Shown here: one piece after another, positions 9,980 through 22,189 of the stretch
Position numbering within the stretch: position 1 is the first letter of the stretch
How the letters are laid out: the number at the start of each line of letters is the position of its first letter
Assembly: GCA_038087875.1 (NCBI GenBank)
Contig: JAXLNO010001453.1
Location: forward strand, 62,001 to 126,000
Length of the DNA stretch: 64,000 nucleotides
Origin: Malacoraja senta
Taxonomy: Eukaryota
Reading direction: 5' to 3'
Notes under the pieces: generated by a model
Database searches by the model: none
What the model saw: the letters and a program-made list of their open reading frames with translations, nothing else
Told to the model about the DNA's origin: nothing
Program-made: the position numbers and the translations under genes

Positions 9980-10867
9980 TGGGACAAAATTAATTTTCCT
10001 TCAGTTGTTTGTGCCAGTTTTGATATCCATTGGGGTCAGTGTCCATTTGTGACGTGGCGCCACCTTCCAGAGCAATCTTTTCTGAATCTGATTTACCAAC
10101 AAACCCTCCATCCGTAGAATCCAGCCGCCACGCCTCCAAATGAATGGCAATAGCTCTACTATTCCGGTCCTCGATTCTTCCCCATCATCACACTGTTCTT
10201 CTCTGAACCCATCTCTGATTGCTCATGTAAGTACTCATTGATATAATGAGATTACAATGTACATTAAAGATTCACTCTTCACCAGTTGCATCCAACGGTA
10301 GCGGATGGTGTTTATTCAAGCAAGGGAATCTAATAATATTTTAAGGAAGCAGAGTCTAGTAGTCGGGGCGGTAAAGGGCGAAGGTTCGCTTTTCTGATTG
10401 GTCATAGTTACAAATTGGTCTGGCATGTATCTTCCAAGCCACTACCACAGCGCAGACGCTGCAGTTCTGCAGAGGCTAAGAGAGTAGAATAAAAACAAGA
10501 GGAATACGCTCGAAAGGAAGCTTCTCAGAATCGAGTGCACCTCAGGTAGGACTCCGCAGTTGGGCAGACATTGAGAAAAATGGAGAAGGCTTCCAATTAA
10601 AATGTAACTGATTACGAAGAATAAGGGATCTTTCAGCTGTTTGTGCCAGCTAAGATATTCACGAGGATCAGGGTTGATTGGTGACTTTTGTCTTGGCGGC
10701 AACTTCTGCACAAATGTTTCCATAACATAATTTACATTCCTTCATACTTTGAATGCAAGAGCAAGCCTTCAGCTCTCAATGGCAATAGGTCCACAATTCC
10801 GTTCCTCAACCGTTCCATGCCCATCACACTTTTCTTTTTGTGGCCATTTATGATTTTCTATGTAAGT
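9980..10867 (+). other. Decayed tandem exon-like modules, each ending in GTAAGT (two in this unit, three in units 2 and 3)
   Basis: Homologous blocks end at GTAAGT 10227 and 10862 (period 635). Unit 2 has them at 32679, 33529 and 34164, and unit 3 at 49529, 50380 and 51013. Confidence 0.6.
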
Positions 10868-10957
10868 GCCCAGACCACAATTCTTGATAACCTTCTTGGA
10901 GACTGCTTCTCCCACATTCGTGCAATAATATGTCTATACACACACATATATTCCATT

Positions 10958-11265
10958 TGGAGATACAGCGCGGAAACAGGCTGCTCGGCACAGCGAGTCC
11001 GCGTTGATCAGCGATTCCCGCACACTAACACCATCCTACACATTGCGGATAATTTAACATTTTTACCGAAACCAATTAACCTACAAACCGATACGTCTTT
11101 GGAGTATTCGAGGAAACCGGAGCACCGGATAAAAGCCTACGGGGAGAACGGACAACGGGTCACGCGGATAACGGACAAACTCCGTGCAGGCAACTACAGT
11201 GGTCAGGATCAAATCCGGATCTCTGACGGTTTAGGACAGCATCACTGCCTCTGCGGCACCCCTGC
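10958..11265 (-). mobile_element. HE1-type SINE
   Basis: Plus strand agatacagcgcggaaacagg...ccaattaacctacaaacc is the reverse complement of the SINE 3' half. Copies at about 34260-34567 and 51106-51415. Confidence 0.8.
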
Positions 11266-11346
11266 GGGTTTGATAGTAAACAATGTTATGGAAAGATTTT
11301 TGCGGAAGGTGATGCCAAGTGAGATGTCATAAATCAACCCTGATCA

Positions 11347-11570
11347 TACATAGTAATATATATAGTAATATATATAAATATAAATATTTTAAAAATATGT
11401 TAATACATATAAAAATAATTGTTATAATAATATATACAAATATAATAATATATACAAATAATATTAGGGAATACTATTTATTGTCATACAAACCAGACAT
11501 GGTTCGTACGAAATGTATAATTGTATATATTATTATTATATTTATTTTAATATATTTATATATATATTTA
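11347..11570. repeat. AT-rich low-complexity (TA/AAT) tract
   Basis: Almost exclusively A/T with atatat and ataata runs. Copies at about 34648-34797 (shorter) and 51497-51720. Confidence 0.85.
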
Positions 11571-12159
11571 AATGGATGGATGGAGATATTAACAGAGGAC
11601 ATCGCATCAGGCGTTAAACAGATTAAATGCTTTTGGCGGAATGTCACACATCTAGAATCGTTTTGGCACTACGAGAACGCACAGAAGGAAGAGCAGTTCT
11701 CAGCAAAGTGTGTGGAGGCTTCTCTGAACTGCTGACAAAAGTTCACTTCAAATACTTCCAGCTGACTCACGAGATGTTTTTCTCACAGAGAAGACGGAAT
11801 GTTGCTCGAAAGCAAATATCTAAATTGCTCTCTGGGTATTACTTCCCCGATTTAATCCAATCCCTGCTAGGGTTTGTTGGCAATTGCAAAACAACACACT
11901 TCCCACATTATCTTCCGTGGCCCATGGACCGACCCTTTACCCAACCTTCCATTTACTGTTCTCTCTTGAGTCCTCCCTTCATCTTTGCAATCTCTGAGTA
12001 TCGGACATAACGCTGTTCCTACAATGTACGCTCTATTCGCTAACAAAATCAACCAAAGACTTAATTTTAAACAAACAAATCACACGAGATGAGCGTTAGT
12101 GGGAATAGTAAGTTATCAGCAATGGTCTCTCCAACGTGCATCACTTTCCAATGAGGATA

Positions 12160-12835
12160 ATAGAAACATAGAAACATAGAAAATAGAAGCAGGAGGAGGC
12201 CGTTGGGCCCTTCGAGCCAGCATCGCCATTCACTGTGATCATGGCTGATCGTCCGCAATCAATAACCCGTGCCTGCCTTCGCCCCATATCCCTTGATTCC
12301 ACTAGCCCCTAGAGCTGTATCTAACTCACTCTTAAATCCATCGAGTGACTTGGCCTCCACTACCCTCTGTGGTAGGAAATCCCACAAATTCACAACTCAC
12401 TGGGTGAAAAAGTTTTTCCTCACCTCTGTCTTAAATGGCTTCCCCCTTTATTCTAAGACTGTGGCCCTTGCTTCTGGACTCGCCCAACATTGGGGACATT
12501 TTTCCTGCATCTAGCTTATCCAGTCCTATTATGATTTTATATGTTTCTATAAGCCCCCCCCTTCATGCGTCTAAACTCCAGTGAATACAAGCCTAGTCTT
12601 TTCAATCGTTCCTCATATGACAGTCCCTCCATCGCAGGGATCAATCCCGTGAACCTACGGTGCAATGCCTCAATCAGAAGGATGTCCTTCCGCAAATTAG
12701 GAGACCAAAACTGTACACAATACTCCAGATGTGGTCTCATCAGAACCCTAACGACTGCAGAAGAAACTCTTTACTCCCAGACTGAAATCCTCTTGTTATG
12801 AAGGCCAACATTCCATTATCTTTCTTGTAATTGTA
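12160..12835 (-). mobile_element. CR1 3' end with (TTTCTATG)n tail
   Basis: tagaaacatagaaacatagaaa at the left end is the reversed octamer tail. Minus ORF RPHLEYCVQFWSPNLRKDILLIE. Confidence 0.85.
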
Positions 12836-13159
12836 AACCAGCATTTTCGGTTCCTTGTTGCTGCAGATGCAACAGCTGATTTTACACCTGCTCTATTCCC
12901 ACAATTCATGCCAATTGAAATCTATGGGGAACCATACGAGGTTGGGGGCGATGAACGGGCGAGGAGAACGTCCATACATTTAATATTTCAGGTAAAGGAT
13001 TTAGGGTAGTTGATGTTGGGAGAATGGTTTCACAGTGGAGAGAAACCAGGGAGGGATTGGGATGAGGTGTGGCGGGTGGGAGGTACATGGAAACAGTCCC
13101 GTCGAGTCAACACCGCCACCGATTACCCGTCCACAACCATTTCCATGTTATCTCAGTTT

Positions 13160-13365
13160 CGCACGACTCTCCCCATACGAGAGGAAATTTTCAGAGGGCT
13201 GATCAACCTACAAACCCGCATGCCTTTAGAACGTGGGCTCAAACCGGGACACCCGGAGTTAACACCCGCGTTCTCGTGGAGATTGCCCAGCAGCACCCGA
13301 GTTCAGGATCACACACGTCTATCTGGAGCTGTCATGTAGCAGCTCTACCAGCCGCGCCACTGTGT
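13160..13365 (-). mobile_element. HE1-type SINE, degenerate
   Basis: Plus strand aacctacaaacccgc...gcagctctaccagccgcgccactgtg is the reverse complement of a SINE head and body. Confidence 0.65.
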
Positions 13366-14275
13366 ATTCCGCTAATAGTGGGCGATTTCCTTCGGCTGCT
13401 CCAGTGTCTTCCCACGAAGGATGGCGATAATCTATCTGCGATTGCCGCGTGGAAAGCAGTATCATCGGTTGGAGTTGATTGGCAGATGAAATTGAGAGAT
13501 TTGCAATAGTAAGTAACAAGAATGAGATTCGAGGGATTGCTCAGAGCCGGCTTTAATTCCTCCTGCAGGGCAAGGAAAAGATGTGAAATCCCCTAAATTT
13601 ATTTTCTCAGCCGATGACGGCTGAGATTTGTATAGCTTCAAATTTGAGTTGGGTACTCTCTCCCCAAATCCTCTTCGCTGCAGACTCTAGTTTCCCGATT
13701 ACACCATACGGCAAACACATCCTGTCATTTGGGTCTTGGGTCCTGATATTTAGTTGACAGCGATGTACATGTTGTTCAATTTGAGGAATTCGCTGGGGCT
13801 GCTGGTTTCCGCTCAAGGGTAATTTCACGGTTGTTCACAGCTCATTCTGATTTATTGGCCCCCACATCCTGCTGTAGGATCGGCCCCTCTCTCTTTCTCT
13901 CGCTCTTTCCACCTCCGTCGACCCACCCACGGCCCCTCGGTCCAAACTGCAAACAATCTTTTTTATGTTGGATTCCAGCGGATATCACACTCTCAGAAAG
14001 GAAGCGGTAAATAAACCTCGTGGCCTTCGTTCAAGCAGTCCGATGGAACGGTCTCCCTGGACATCGACATCCCAAATGTCCCATTGGCGGACAATGGACG
14101 ATAGTGATACGCCAAAGCGCCAATCTGACCATTTCAATGAAGGCGCTTATCTAAAATGGTCCCATATGGCTGTACTTGGCGCATGTTCTTCTAAATCTTA
14201 TCTAACCATTAATTAGCCCAAATGCATCTTAAGTGTTGTAACGTTGCCGACTACGACCACTTCCTTACACATATC

Positions 14276-14570
14276 GGCACAGTGGCGTAGTGGTAAAGCT
14301 ACTGCCTTGGAGCGCCAGAGACCCGGGTTCGATCCTGACTACGGCTACTTGTCTGTACTGAGTTTGTCCATTCTACCCATGACCTGCGTGTGTTTTCTTC
14401 GAGATCTTCGATTTCACCCAACACGCCAAAACAGTCGAGTATGTAGGTTACAGGTTACTTGGCTTGGTGTAAATGTAAACATTGTCACTAGGGCAGTTTT
14501 AAGTGATCACTGGTGGGTGCGGACTCGGTTAGGCGAAGGGCCAGCATCCGCGTGGTATCTCTACATTAAA
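14276..14570 (+). mobile_element. HE1-type tRNA-derived SINE
   Basis: Box A TGGCGTAGTGG (14283-14293) and box B GGTTCGATCC (14326-14335), followed by a non-tRNA body. Copies at 38178-38473 and 54430-54595 (truncated). Confidence 0.85.
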
Positions 14571-15394
14571 TATCCACCGTGAGGGAACAAATGCGCTTCA
14601 CGACGTGTTTGAATGTTTCTCCTCCCTCCTTCGGCTTATGCACTCGTTTGGAGAACCGTGCCAAATATGAAACTCTTTATCTATTCTACTCGTGATACTA
14701 TAAACCATGAAAGGTCACCTCACGAACCCGTACAGTGAAGGGATGAAGTTCTCAGATCAATCCAGTTTCGTTCTGAATCGAATCCTTCGGGTCCCGGCAA
14801 CATCCCAGTAAATATTTTCTGGACGCACTCGAAGTTAACGTCATCCTTCCTGAAGTATTGACAGAACGGTATTCGAGAATGATATTCCAAGTGCAGAAAG
14901 AAGGAACTGCAAAAGCTACTTTAAAAAAAGATACATAACATTATGTAGACATTATTGGGTCAAACAACATCTCCGGAGAAAATGCACACTGTGTTACACA
15001 TTTAATGCTGCAATCCCCTGTAAATAAAAGTCGAACCTTACACTCCTTTCACCTCCAAAACATTATCGGGAAATCCATCGAGCAACAGGGATATTTTCAC
15101 CTCTGTGGTCCTGGCGCTTTTCAGTAATCGCGACCAGATGTGAAGTCTGGTGACTTCACTTATAGCATGGATTTATATACCAAGAATGCCTTTCTTCTGC
15201 CGTAACCAACAGATAATAGTTGGCTATGGTTTTGGAACTAGTCATTCTTCTTAGTGCTGAAAATGCATGCTATTTATTAATATCAGCCGCCGAGCTAGCC
15301 TCAAATGTATCTGAAATAGAGACGTTTACCTTTTCTCCATGGTAGGTGTCCTTGTTGCCGTGATTCAGAGGCCACGTGATTTCGTGGCAATTGT

Positions 15395-17402
15395 TTTTTT
15401 TTTATTTTTTTTTTTTTTATTTATTTTTAATTTTTTCTTACGAAGACCCTATAAGAGCGAAATTAAAAACAAAAAGAAAAAGAGTTAAGAAATAGACCCT
15501 AAGAAAAGAAAAGAGAAAGAGAAAAAAAGAGAAACAAATGTTTTTTTGAGCAATACGTAAATAGGACATACCAACTCTTCAACTATCATCCCCCCTTACC
15601 TGACCTCAATTTTTTATTTTTTTAAAGTACTTTTGCACCCTATGTTTGTAATAATTCTATAAATGCAGACCACGTCAGGTGGAAGTGATCTGGTTTACCT
15701 GCTAGGAGGAGTCTTATCTCTTCTAGGTGTAATGTTTCAAACATATTTGAAATCCACATATTTATAGTTGGTATTGGAGCCTTCTTCCAAAATTTTAGAA
15801 TTAGCTTTTTTCCAGTTATTAACCCATAGTCCATTAATTTCTTTTGAAACACATTTAGTTCTGGATCATCTTCCGTTATTCCGAAGATAATCCATTCTGC
15901 TTTGGGTATCAGTCTTGTTTTAAATAACTTTGTAAAGATTTCAAAAATTTCATTCCAAAATTTTTGAATTTTTGTACAGAAGACAAATGAGTGCGCTATA
16001 GTTGCTTCTTGGGATTGACATTTATCACAAATAGATGATACGTTTGGGAAAATTTTATGAATTTTAGTTTTCGAATAATATAATCTATGTAAAATTTTAA
16101 ATTGTATTAAAGTGTGTCTTACATTAATCGAGCATTTATGCACGTTTAATAAGTATTCATTCCAACTTTCCTTTGAAATTTTAATAGCTAACTCTTGTTC
16201 CCAGTCTCTTCTGATACCCTCCGTAGGTGGTATTTGTACATTTAAAATAATATTATACAAATATGATATTAAGTTTGCTGATTCCGCTTTTATCTGCATT
16301 GCCTCGTCCAATACATCTACTGGGTTATTATAATGATCTTTTGTATATTTTTTCAAATAGTCGCATATTTGAAAATATTTAAAATATTGATTATTTCCGA
16401 GTTTATATTTTATTTGTAATTGTTGAAATGAAAGTAATTTTCCAGTTTCATACAAGTCACCAAGCGTTTTAATTCCTAGTCTATCCCATTGTGTATAAGC
16501 TTTATCTATAATAGAAGGATTAAACGAAGGGTTATTGACTATAGGTAATAAAAGTGATAAGTTTCTTAATTTTAAATTTTGTTTTATTTGTTTCCAAATA
16601 CGGATTGTACTATGAATAATTGGGTTCTTATTATAGTTTATGTTATTCAGTTTCATTGGAGAGAGGAGGATCGCTCCAATGTTTCTAGAGGAGCAATCCT
16701 CTTTCTCCATTACAATCCAGTCTACTTGTTGGGCGGAGTTATCCATCAGTTGAAACATGTTTTTAATATTTACTGACCAATAATAATACATAAAATTAGG
16801 TAGTGCTAGACCCCCCAATACTTTAGGTTTATTCAGATGGGTTTTTTGTATTCTATGTGATTTATAGTCCCATATAAAATTAGTGATATCTGAGTCGAGT
16901 TTTTTAAAAACTTCTTAGGTAAGTATATAGGAATTGATTGAAATAGGTATAAAATTTGTGGTAAAAAGATCATTTTTATTGCGTTTATTCGGCCTATTAA
17001 AGACATCGGGAGCGTTTTCCAGAATTTAATTAGTGTATTTAGTTTATTAAGTAGGGGGTCAAAATTTGCCCTGAACATACCTTGATATGTTCTGGTAATT
17101 TCGATTCCCAAATATTTAAATTTTTCTGTAGCTATTTTAAAAGGGAATTTTAAAAGATGTGTTGAATCTTTCGGTTTTATTGACATAATTTCACTTTTAT
17201 TCCAATTTATTCTATATCCAGAAAAAGATCCGAAGTTTTCAATTAAATTTAATATATTTGGTATAGTGATTTGAGGTTTTGTAATATACAATAATATATC
17301 ATCCGCGTATAAAGATATTTTATTATATGAGTCTTTAGTATTATATCCATGAATATCAGGGTGTATTCTAATTTTTTCTGAGCAAACAGCTGTGGTGATA
17401 AG
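15395..17402 (-). mobile_element. L1-clade LINE, 5'-truncated (RT C-terminal half + Cys-rich C-terminus), unit 1 only
   Basis: Minus ORFs 16833-17429 (KISLYADDILLY) and 15640-16818 (CDKC...H.F.FC) are separated by a 1-nt frameshift near 16905. A poly(A) tail appears as a T-tract from about 15395. Nearly identical to the copy at 28724-30942. Confidence 0.92.
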
Positions 17403-18132
17403 GAGAACTTTAAAATCTTTCCCCTGCACGGGAGACCCGACCTTTTCTTTGTCGGGTCTCCGTTGTCGTTGGGGCTGGGCAACGTGGAGCGGCCTCCACC
17501 AGGAACGACCTGGGGCTCCAGTTGCGGAGCTGCGGACTACTCACCGTCACGGGGCTGGCCGAGTCCGGAGCGGGTGGAGATGTGGTGGAGACAATCGCTG
17601 CTGCGACCCGACCCCCGGAAATTCGGAGGCTACAACCGCGGGTCTGGCGGACAGGAACACAGGAAGCCCGCGAGTCCCTGGGGGGAGACCGCTTTTCGGG
17701 GCTTCCGCAGCGGCGACTTCTCCCGCCCGAGTTGCGGGGTTGAAGAGCACCTGGAGCGGGGCTTTACATCGTCGCCCCGCGCGGCTTGGAGTGGTCGCGG
17801 TCCTTTGCGATCGCGCGCCGGGGCTCTAACACCAAGACCCGGTGCGCGACCTTGCATTAACCGGCGTGGCTTTAATGGCCGCGTGATAATCACCATCGCC
17901 CGCCGGGGGCTTTGACTTTGACTCTGACATCGGGGGGGGAGGGGGAGTGCAGTGGTGAGATACGTTGTTTTGCCTTCCATCACAGCGCTGTGATGGATGT
18001 ATGTGTAAATTGTGTTGTGTTTCGGGTCTTCTTCGTTTTGTAATGTATGGCTGCAGAAACGATATTTCGTTTGGACCTCAACGGGGTCCAAATGACAAAT
18101 TTGTCCAAATGACAAATAAAATAATAATAATA
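17403..18132 (+). mobile_element. Non-autonomous GC-rich retroelement with hairpin + (TAA)n tail, 5'-truncated copy
   Basis: Matches 55541-56281. 3' stem-loop TTTGGACC-7nt-GGTCCAAA at 18070-18092, then ATGACAAAT (duplicated), AAA and (TAA)n. Confidence 0.8.
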
Positions 18133-18480
18133 ATCTGAAGACGAGTGGTCGAGACATAGGATGGCATGTCCATGCGCGTCGATTGGCTCTGTCTGCAAAC
18201 TTTGTTAAGCGTGGGCAAAGTTAGGGTAAGGGCTTGCCTCCGTAGTCTATAACTCAATAAGCAAAGATTAGAGTTCTGCTGGAAATTAATTCAAACCACG
18301 CAGCCACGTTCTGCACGCTCTCTATCTGTTGTCCCTCAGAACTCTGTCATACCATGCCCAGCTGTTGATCAGAACAAACATGCGACATCTTGCTCGCATT
18401 GCGTTGTGCGTGACATTCGTTATTGGTAACAACGTTTATTTTTTAAAGTTTTCATGTCCTTCAAGAGAGAATTGCAAATC

Positions 18481-19312
18481 TGTAGATTGATGACGCATGT
18501 GAACCAATCACACTTAGCCAGCATCACTAACTCCACCCCACTATAACACTTATTCTAGGGCCTATTCCCAGCACCGTCAGTCTGAGCAGCTAGGATGAAC
18601 TGACTACACCTTGTCTTTAAATGCTGCCAAGTTACAGTGCTGATTATATATGTGTTTAAATCATATACTCTCAGGTGTCTGTCTACATGGTGTCAGAAGT
18701 GGCATTAATCCCAAAGAACTGAACACTGCCATTAAGCGCCCACACCATCCCACGAAGACAGTAGAGAATGTTGCGGCAAAGATCGGAACGGTCACCCTAT
18801 TTTCTGTCCGAGATGCAAAGAAACGGTCATACGACAGATCCAGCAGACCACTCCAGCCTCTACTGCCGGGCCAGGTCGTCCGTCTATGAACTTCAACTGG
18901 ACATTGTCGTCTGGGCTCTGTTGTACGCCCGACTGATGAGCCGCGATCGTACCTTGTGGACTGTGAGGGAGCGGTATACCGGAGAAGTCGACAACACCTG
19001 CTTGCTGTGAAGGAGCCCCGACCACCGCCTGCTGATCCCTATGCTCCACCGCTCCAATTCCAGCCGCATTTCGCAATGTCTCACGCCCGTGGCCGCATGC
19101 CTTGCACCCCCCCCTCCCACGTCCCTCGATCTCCACTAACCACGGGGTTACACATACCGCATGTTTCCCCTCTCGGTCACCACAAGCCTCTCCCGTGCGA
19201 TTTTCACCTTCAACCTCTCCGCCTAATCCTTCAGTGGAGGGAGGGGATGGTTGGGTCTGATGCTGACTAAAGATGTGTTTAAATTATATACTGTCTCAGG
19301 TGTCTGTCTACA
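18481..19312 (+). mobile_element. Miniature internally deleted Gypsy-type LTR retrotransposon (832 bp)
   Basis: 5-bp TSD AAATC (18476-18480 and 19313-19317). Termini TGTAGA...TCTACA. 5' LTR 18481-18687. PBS TGGTGTCAGAAGTGGCATT at 18688. Integrase C-terminal remnant KRSYDRSSRPLQPLLPGQVVRL...PRSYLV...YRRSRQHL. PPT GGAGGGAGGGGA at 19236-19247. Short 3' LTR 19248-19312. Confidence 0.88.
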
Positions 19313-19332
19313 AAATCGAAGCGGTCGGGTTA

Positions 19333-19505
19333 AACATAGAAACATAGAAACATAGAAAATATGTGCAGGAATAGGCCATTCTGCCCTTCGAGCCTACAAC
19401 GCCATTCAATATGATCATGGCTGATCATCCAACTCAGTATCCTGTACCTGCTTTCTCTCCATACCCCCTGATCTCATTAGCCACAAGGGCCACATCTAAA
19501 TCCCT
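19333..19505 (-). mobile_element. Short CR1 3'-tail fragment
   Basis: (AAACATAG)3 followed by gcaggaataggccattctgcccttcgagcc, the reverse of the CR1 3' UTR. Copies at about 40731 and 57482. Confidence 0.75.
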
Positions 19506-20119
19506 CTAACTAAATGTTGTGGCCTAGCATAACAGGTCCACAAATCAAGGAGGCACAAGGGAAGATACAAAACAACATACACAAGGTATGCGTAGTCCTT
19601 GCCATCAGTAAATGTCGTTTGGGATGTAAATGGCCATCGGGATGTTCCCGTTTTCAGTATTAGAGATACAGCACAGAAACAGGCCCTTCGGCCCACCAAC
19701 TTCACGTTGACCAGCGATCCCCGTACACTAACACTATGCTACACATTGGACACTTTAGTTTCATTCTTGGAACACAGATTCTTGGATTCATGGAACACAT
19801 CGCAGAACAGCGTATATTGACGTCGCAACACGTCTCATGCTTCCAGAAACCCACTGCACCGACGAGGTCCTCTCTCCAGCAGCCGGTCTCCTTACCGGCC
19901 CTATGTCGGCCTCCTCCCATTGTGGGCGGGCGAACCGGGACTTCCGGCTGAGTTCCCGCGCGAGCCGCTTGTTCTCCGTCCTCGGTCTGCGGCGGGCGAA
20001 CCAGGCATACCGGGCTGGTCCTCAGTTATTGGCGATTGAGGTCTGGCCTAGCCAGCGATACTCTGTCCGTGTTGAGCTGCCTACTGCTGGGTGTGGCCGT
20101 GGCTAGATCACATCTGGCC

Positions 20120-20280
20120 GCGCTTTGGCCACATTCGAGACACATGCAGGTTTACCGTTTAATTGGTCTCTATAATTGTTCCTGTGTGCAGGAGAGAGGC
20201 TGTGTGCGGGTACTTGCTGGTCGGCGTGGACGCGATGGAGCGAAGGGACTGTTTTCACTCTGTAAACTAAACTAAAGAAA
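20120..20280 (+). mobile_element. HE1-type SINE 3' half with (AAACT)n tail, joined to a GC-rich 5' segment
   Basis: gcaggtttaccgtttaattgg...gctggtcggcgtggac...gaagggactgttttcactctgtaaactaaactaaa. Copies at about 41520-41680 and 58270-58430. Confidence 0.65.
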
Positions 20281-22189
20281 ACTCAAGCAATGTCTTATAG
20301 TTCACTCTATAATTCGCTCTCTTCAGAAACGGCACGAAGTTAGATTGTTTTCCTTTCAATGCTACATTATCGTGTAACTGAAATGTAACTAGCAGATGAA
20401 AGTGTTTTCACCGGAAGTAAAGATAATGAAATGTTTCTGGCTTCTTCTTCGCATTTCTTTATTCTTCCAAGTACTTTTTAGATATAGAGAATAAAAGATG
20501 AAAAAACTATTTTGTTATTAACATAAATCCTATTAAATCGTACACAAAAATATCAGCGAGATTGATTCGAATTGATCGGAGAGCACCTTGGTTCGCATTG
20601 AATAATTAAAATTGTTGAAACAGAATCTCTTGTTTGTTTCATATTGCTCATGTTGACAGTTGTTCAAAGAAGAAGAAAGATTCACCTGGTTAACTTGGTC
20701 AACACATTCCTATGTATTCATAATTTGAGTGTTTAGTAATAAATTGATCTTTGGCTAAATCGACTAAACCTGTTGTTTTTATTCCTGTCTTGAAAGAAGT
20801 TGCGCAACTTCTGGGGGCAGATAAATCTTCGGTAACCCGTCATGGTCAATGTGTATCTGCAACATCAGAGGTGCAGCTGTAGAAACGCTGCAGAATATGA
20901 CAGTGCCCCAATGCCTTATTTCATCGAATCTGCTTTTTAACATTTGGACCGAACTCTCTCTTGAGTACATTAATTTAATTTTATTGCTAATATTATGCAA
21001 ACTCCGGTCAGTCACCAATCAAATACACTTTACTGATTGCACCTGGCGAATTCTATTTTGAAGAAAAATAAACAGCCTTTATCATTAACCTTCTTTTTCG
21101 CCTTCTAACTGCTGCTTTTCCGCTGGAGATTTCTTTTATATTCTGTGCAATTGTACATGTTCAGTATCTGCGGTATTTTGTATTTTATTAAACTACGCCA
21201 TATTGCAGCTGGTCCAAATTCGGCGCACCTTCTGCTGCATATGCCATACATGCAGGGTACAGCCATTGCCTAAAAATTAAAAAAAATACTTCGTTTAACA
21301 GCAGGCACAATCACTGTTCATAATCACTGCACCTCTTCGGACTTCCTGTGGCCATTGCGAAAATAATACCAAACTTCCTAAACCTGGACCAGACTCTGTC
21401 TGTTTTGGAACGTTGAAAATATTTTGTAGCGTGCTATCCAGTCAGCAGAAAGACAATACTTGATTGTAATGGAGCCATTTGTAGTATTATAGATACATGA
21501 TAATGGCACAACGTTTAATGCAAGGTGAAGCCAGCATAGCCCAATCATACATAGTGCTAGGGTCAGCATTTAGGTAGATCAGTTGAGGAACAGATTTTTA
21601 GTCACAATGTCTGTGTCGACCTGATACCAAGAGCAGCTCGGATCTACCTGCGCGTTACCGATATCCCTCCATTCCCTGCAGATTCATATCTCCATCCAAA
21701 TCTATTTTAAATTCCACTATCGTATCCGCCTTAACCATCAGCCCTGGCAGCGCCTTACATGCACTCGCCACACTTTGTGTAAAACATTGCGCCGCACATG
21801 TTCGTTAAATTTTGCCATTCGTACCATAAAGCTGTGACCTCTTGTATATAATGTTTTCCATTCTGGGAAAATCAAAGTTCCGCCGGTCTACCGGGTCTCA
21901 TAAGTTTACATAACTCGACCAGGTCTCCCCGCAATCTCCGACGTTCCAGAGGGATAAAAATCCAAATATGACCAATCTCTCCCTGTACCTAATACCCGCC
22001 AATCCAGCCACCGTGCGCAACTGGACAACTGCGGCTGTGTAACACGCTGTTCTTATTACGTTTCCCCATCTTGCTGAATTGACAAAGTCATTCACTAATG
22101 GCTTTGCTGCCGGTCACCAGTTTCTGCAGCGTGCTAGTTTAGTTAGTTTACATTAGTTTGGTGTAGTTAAAGTAAACTAAACAAATACA

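Noticed and set aside
10442-10723. Minus ORF with YLSWHKQL suggesting a decayed TCR V segment
   Set aside because: No first Cys, no YYC and no RSS. The third module has QYN at this position, and substitutions favour the opposite-strand frame.
10688-11332. 214-aa ORF repeated in unit 2
   Set aside because: It starts at a non-ATG codon, runs through a splice-donor-like site and an antisense SINE, and is broken in unit 3. Its conservation only reflects recent duplication.
13031-13069. CACAGTG heptamers in the array (13031 and copies; SINE heads such as 14278) as RSSs that might make the GPCRs rearranging genes
   Set aside because: No nonamer-like sequence at 12 or 23 nt spacing at 13031, and the others are part of SINE or CR1 consensus. 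I found no RSS flanking any GPCR exon.
14276-14350. Possible tRNA gene
   Set aside because: A and B boxes are present, but there is no full cloverleaf and the sequence continues into a SINE body.
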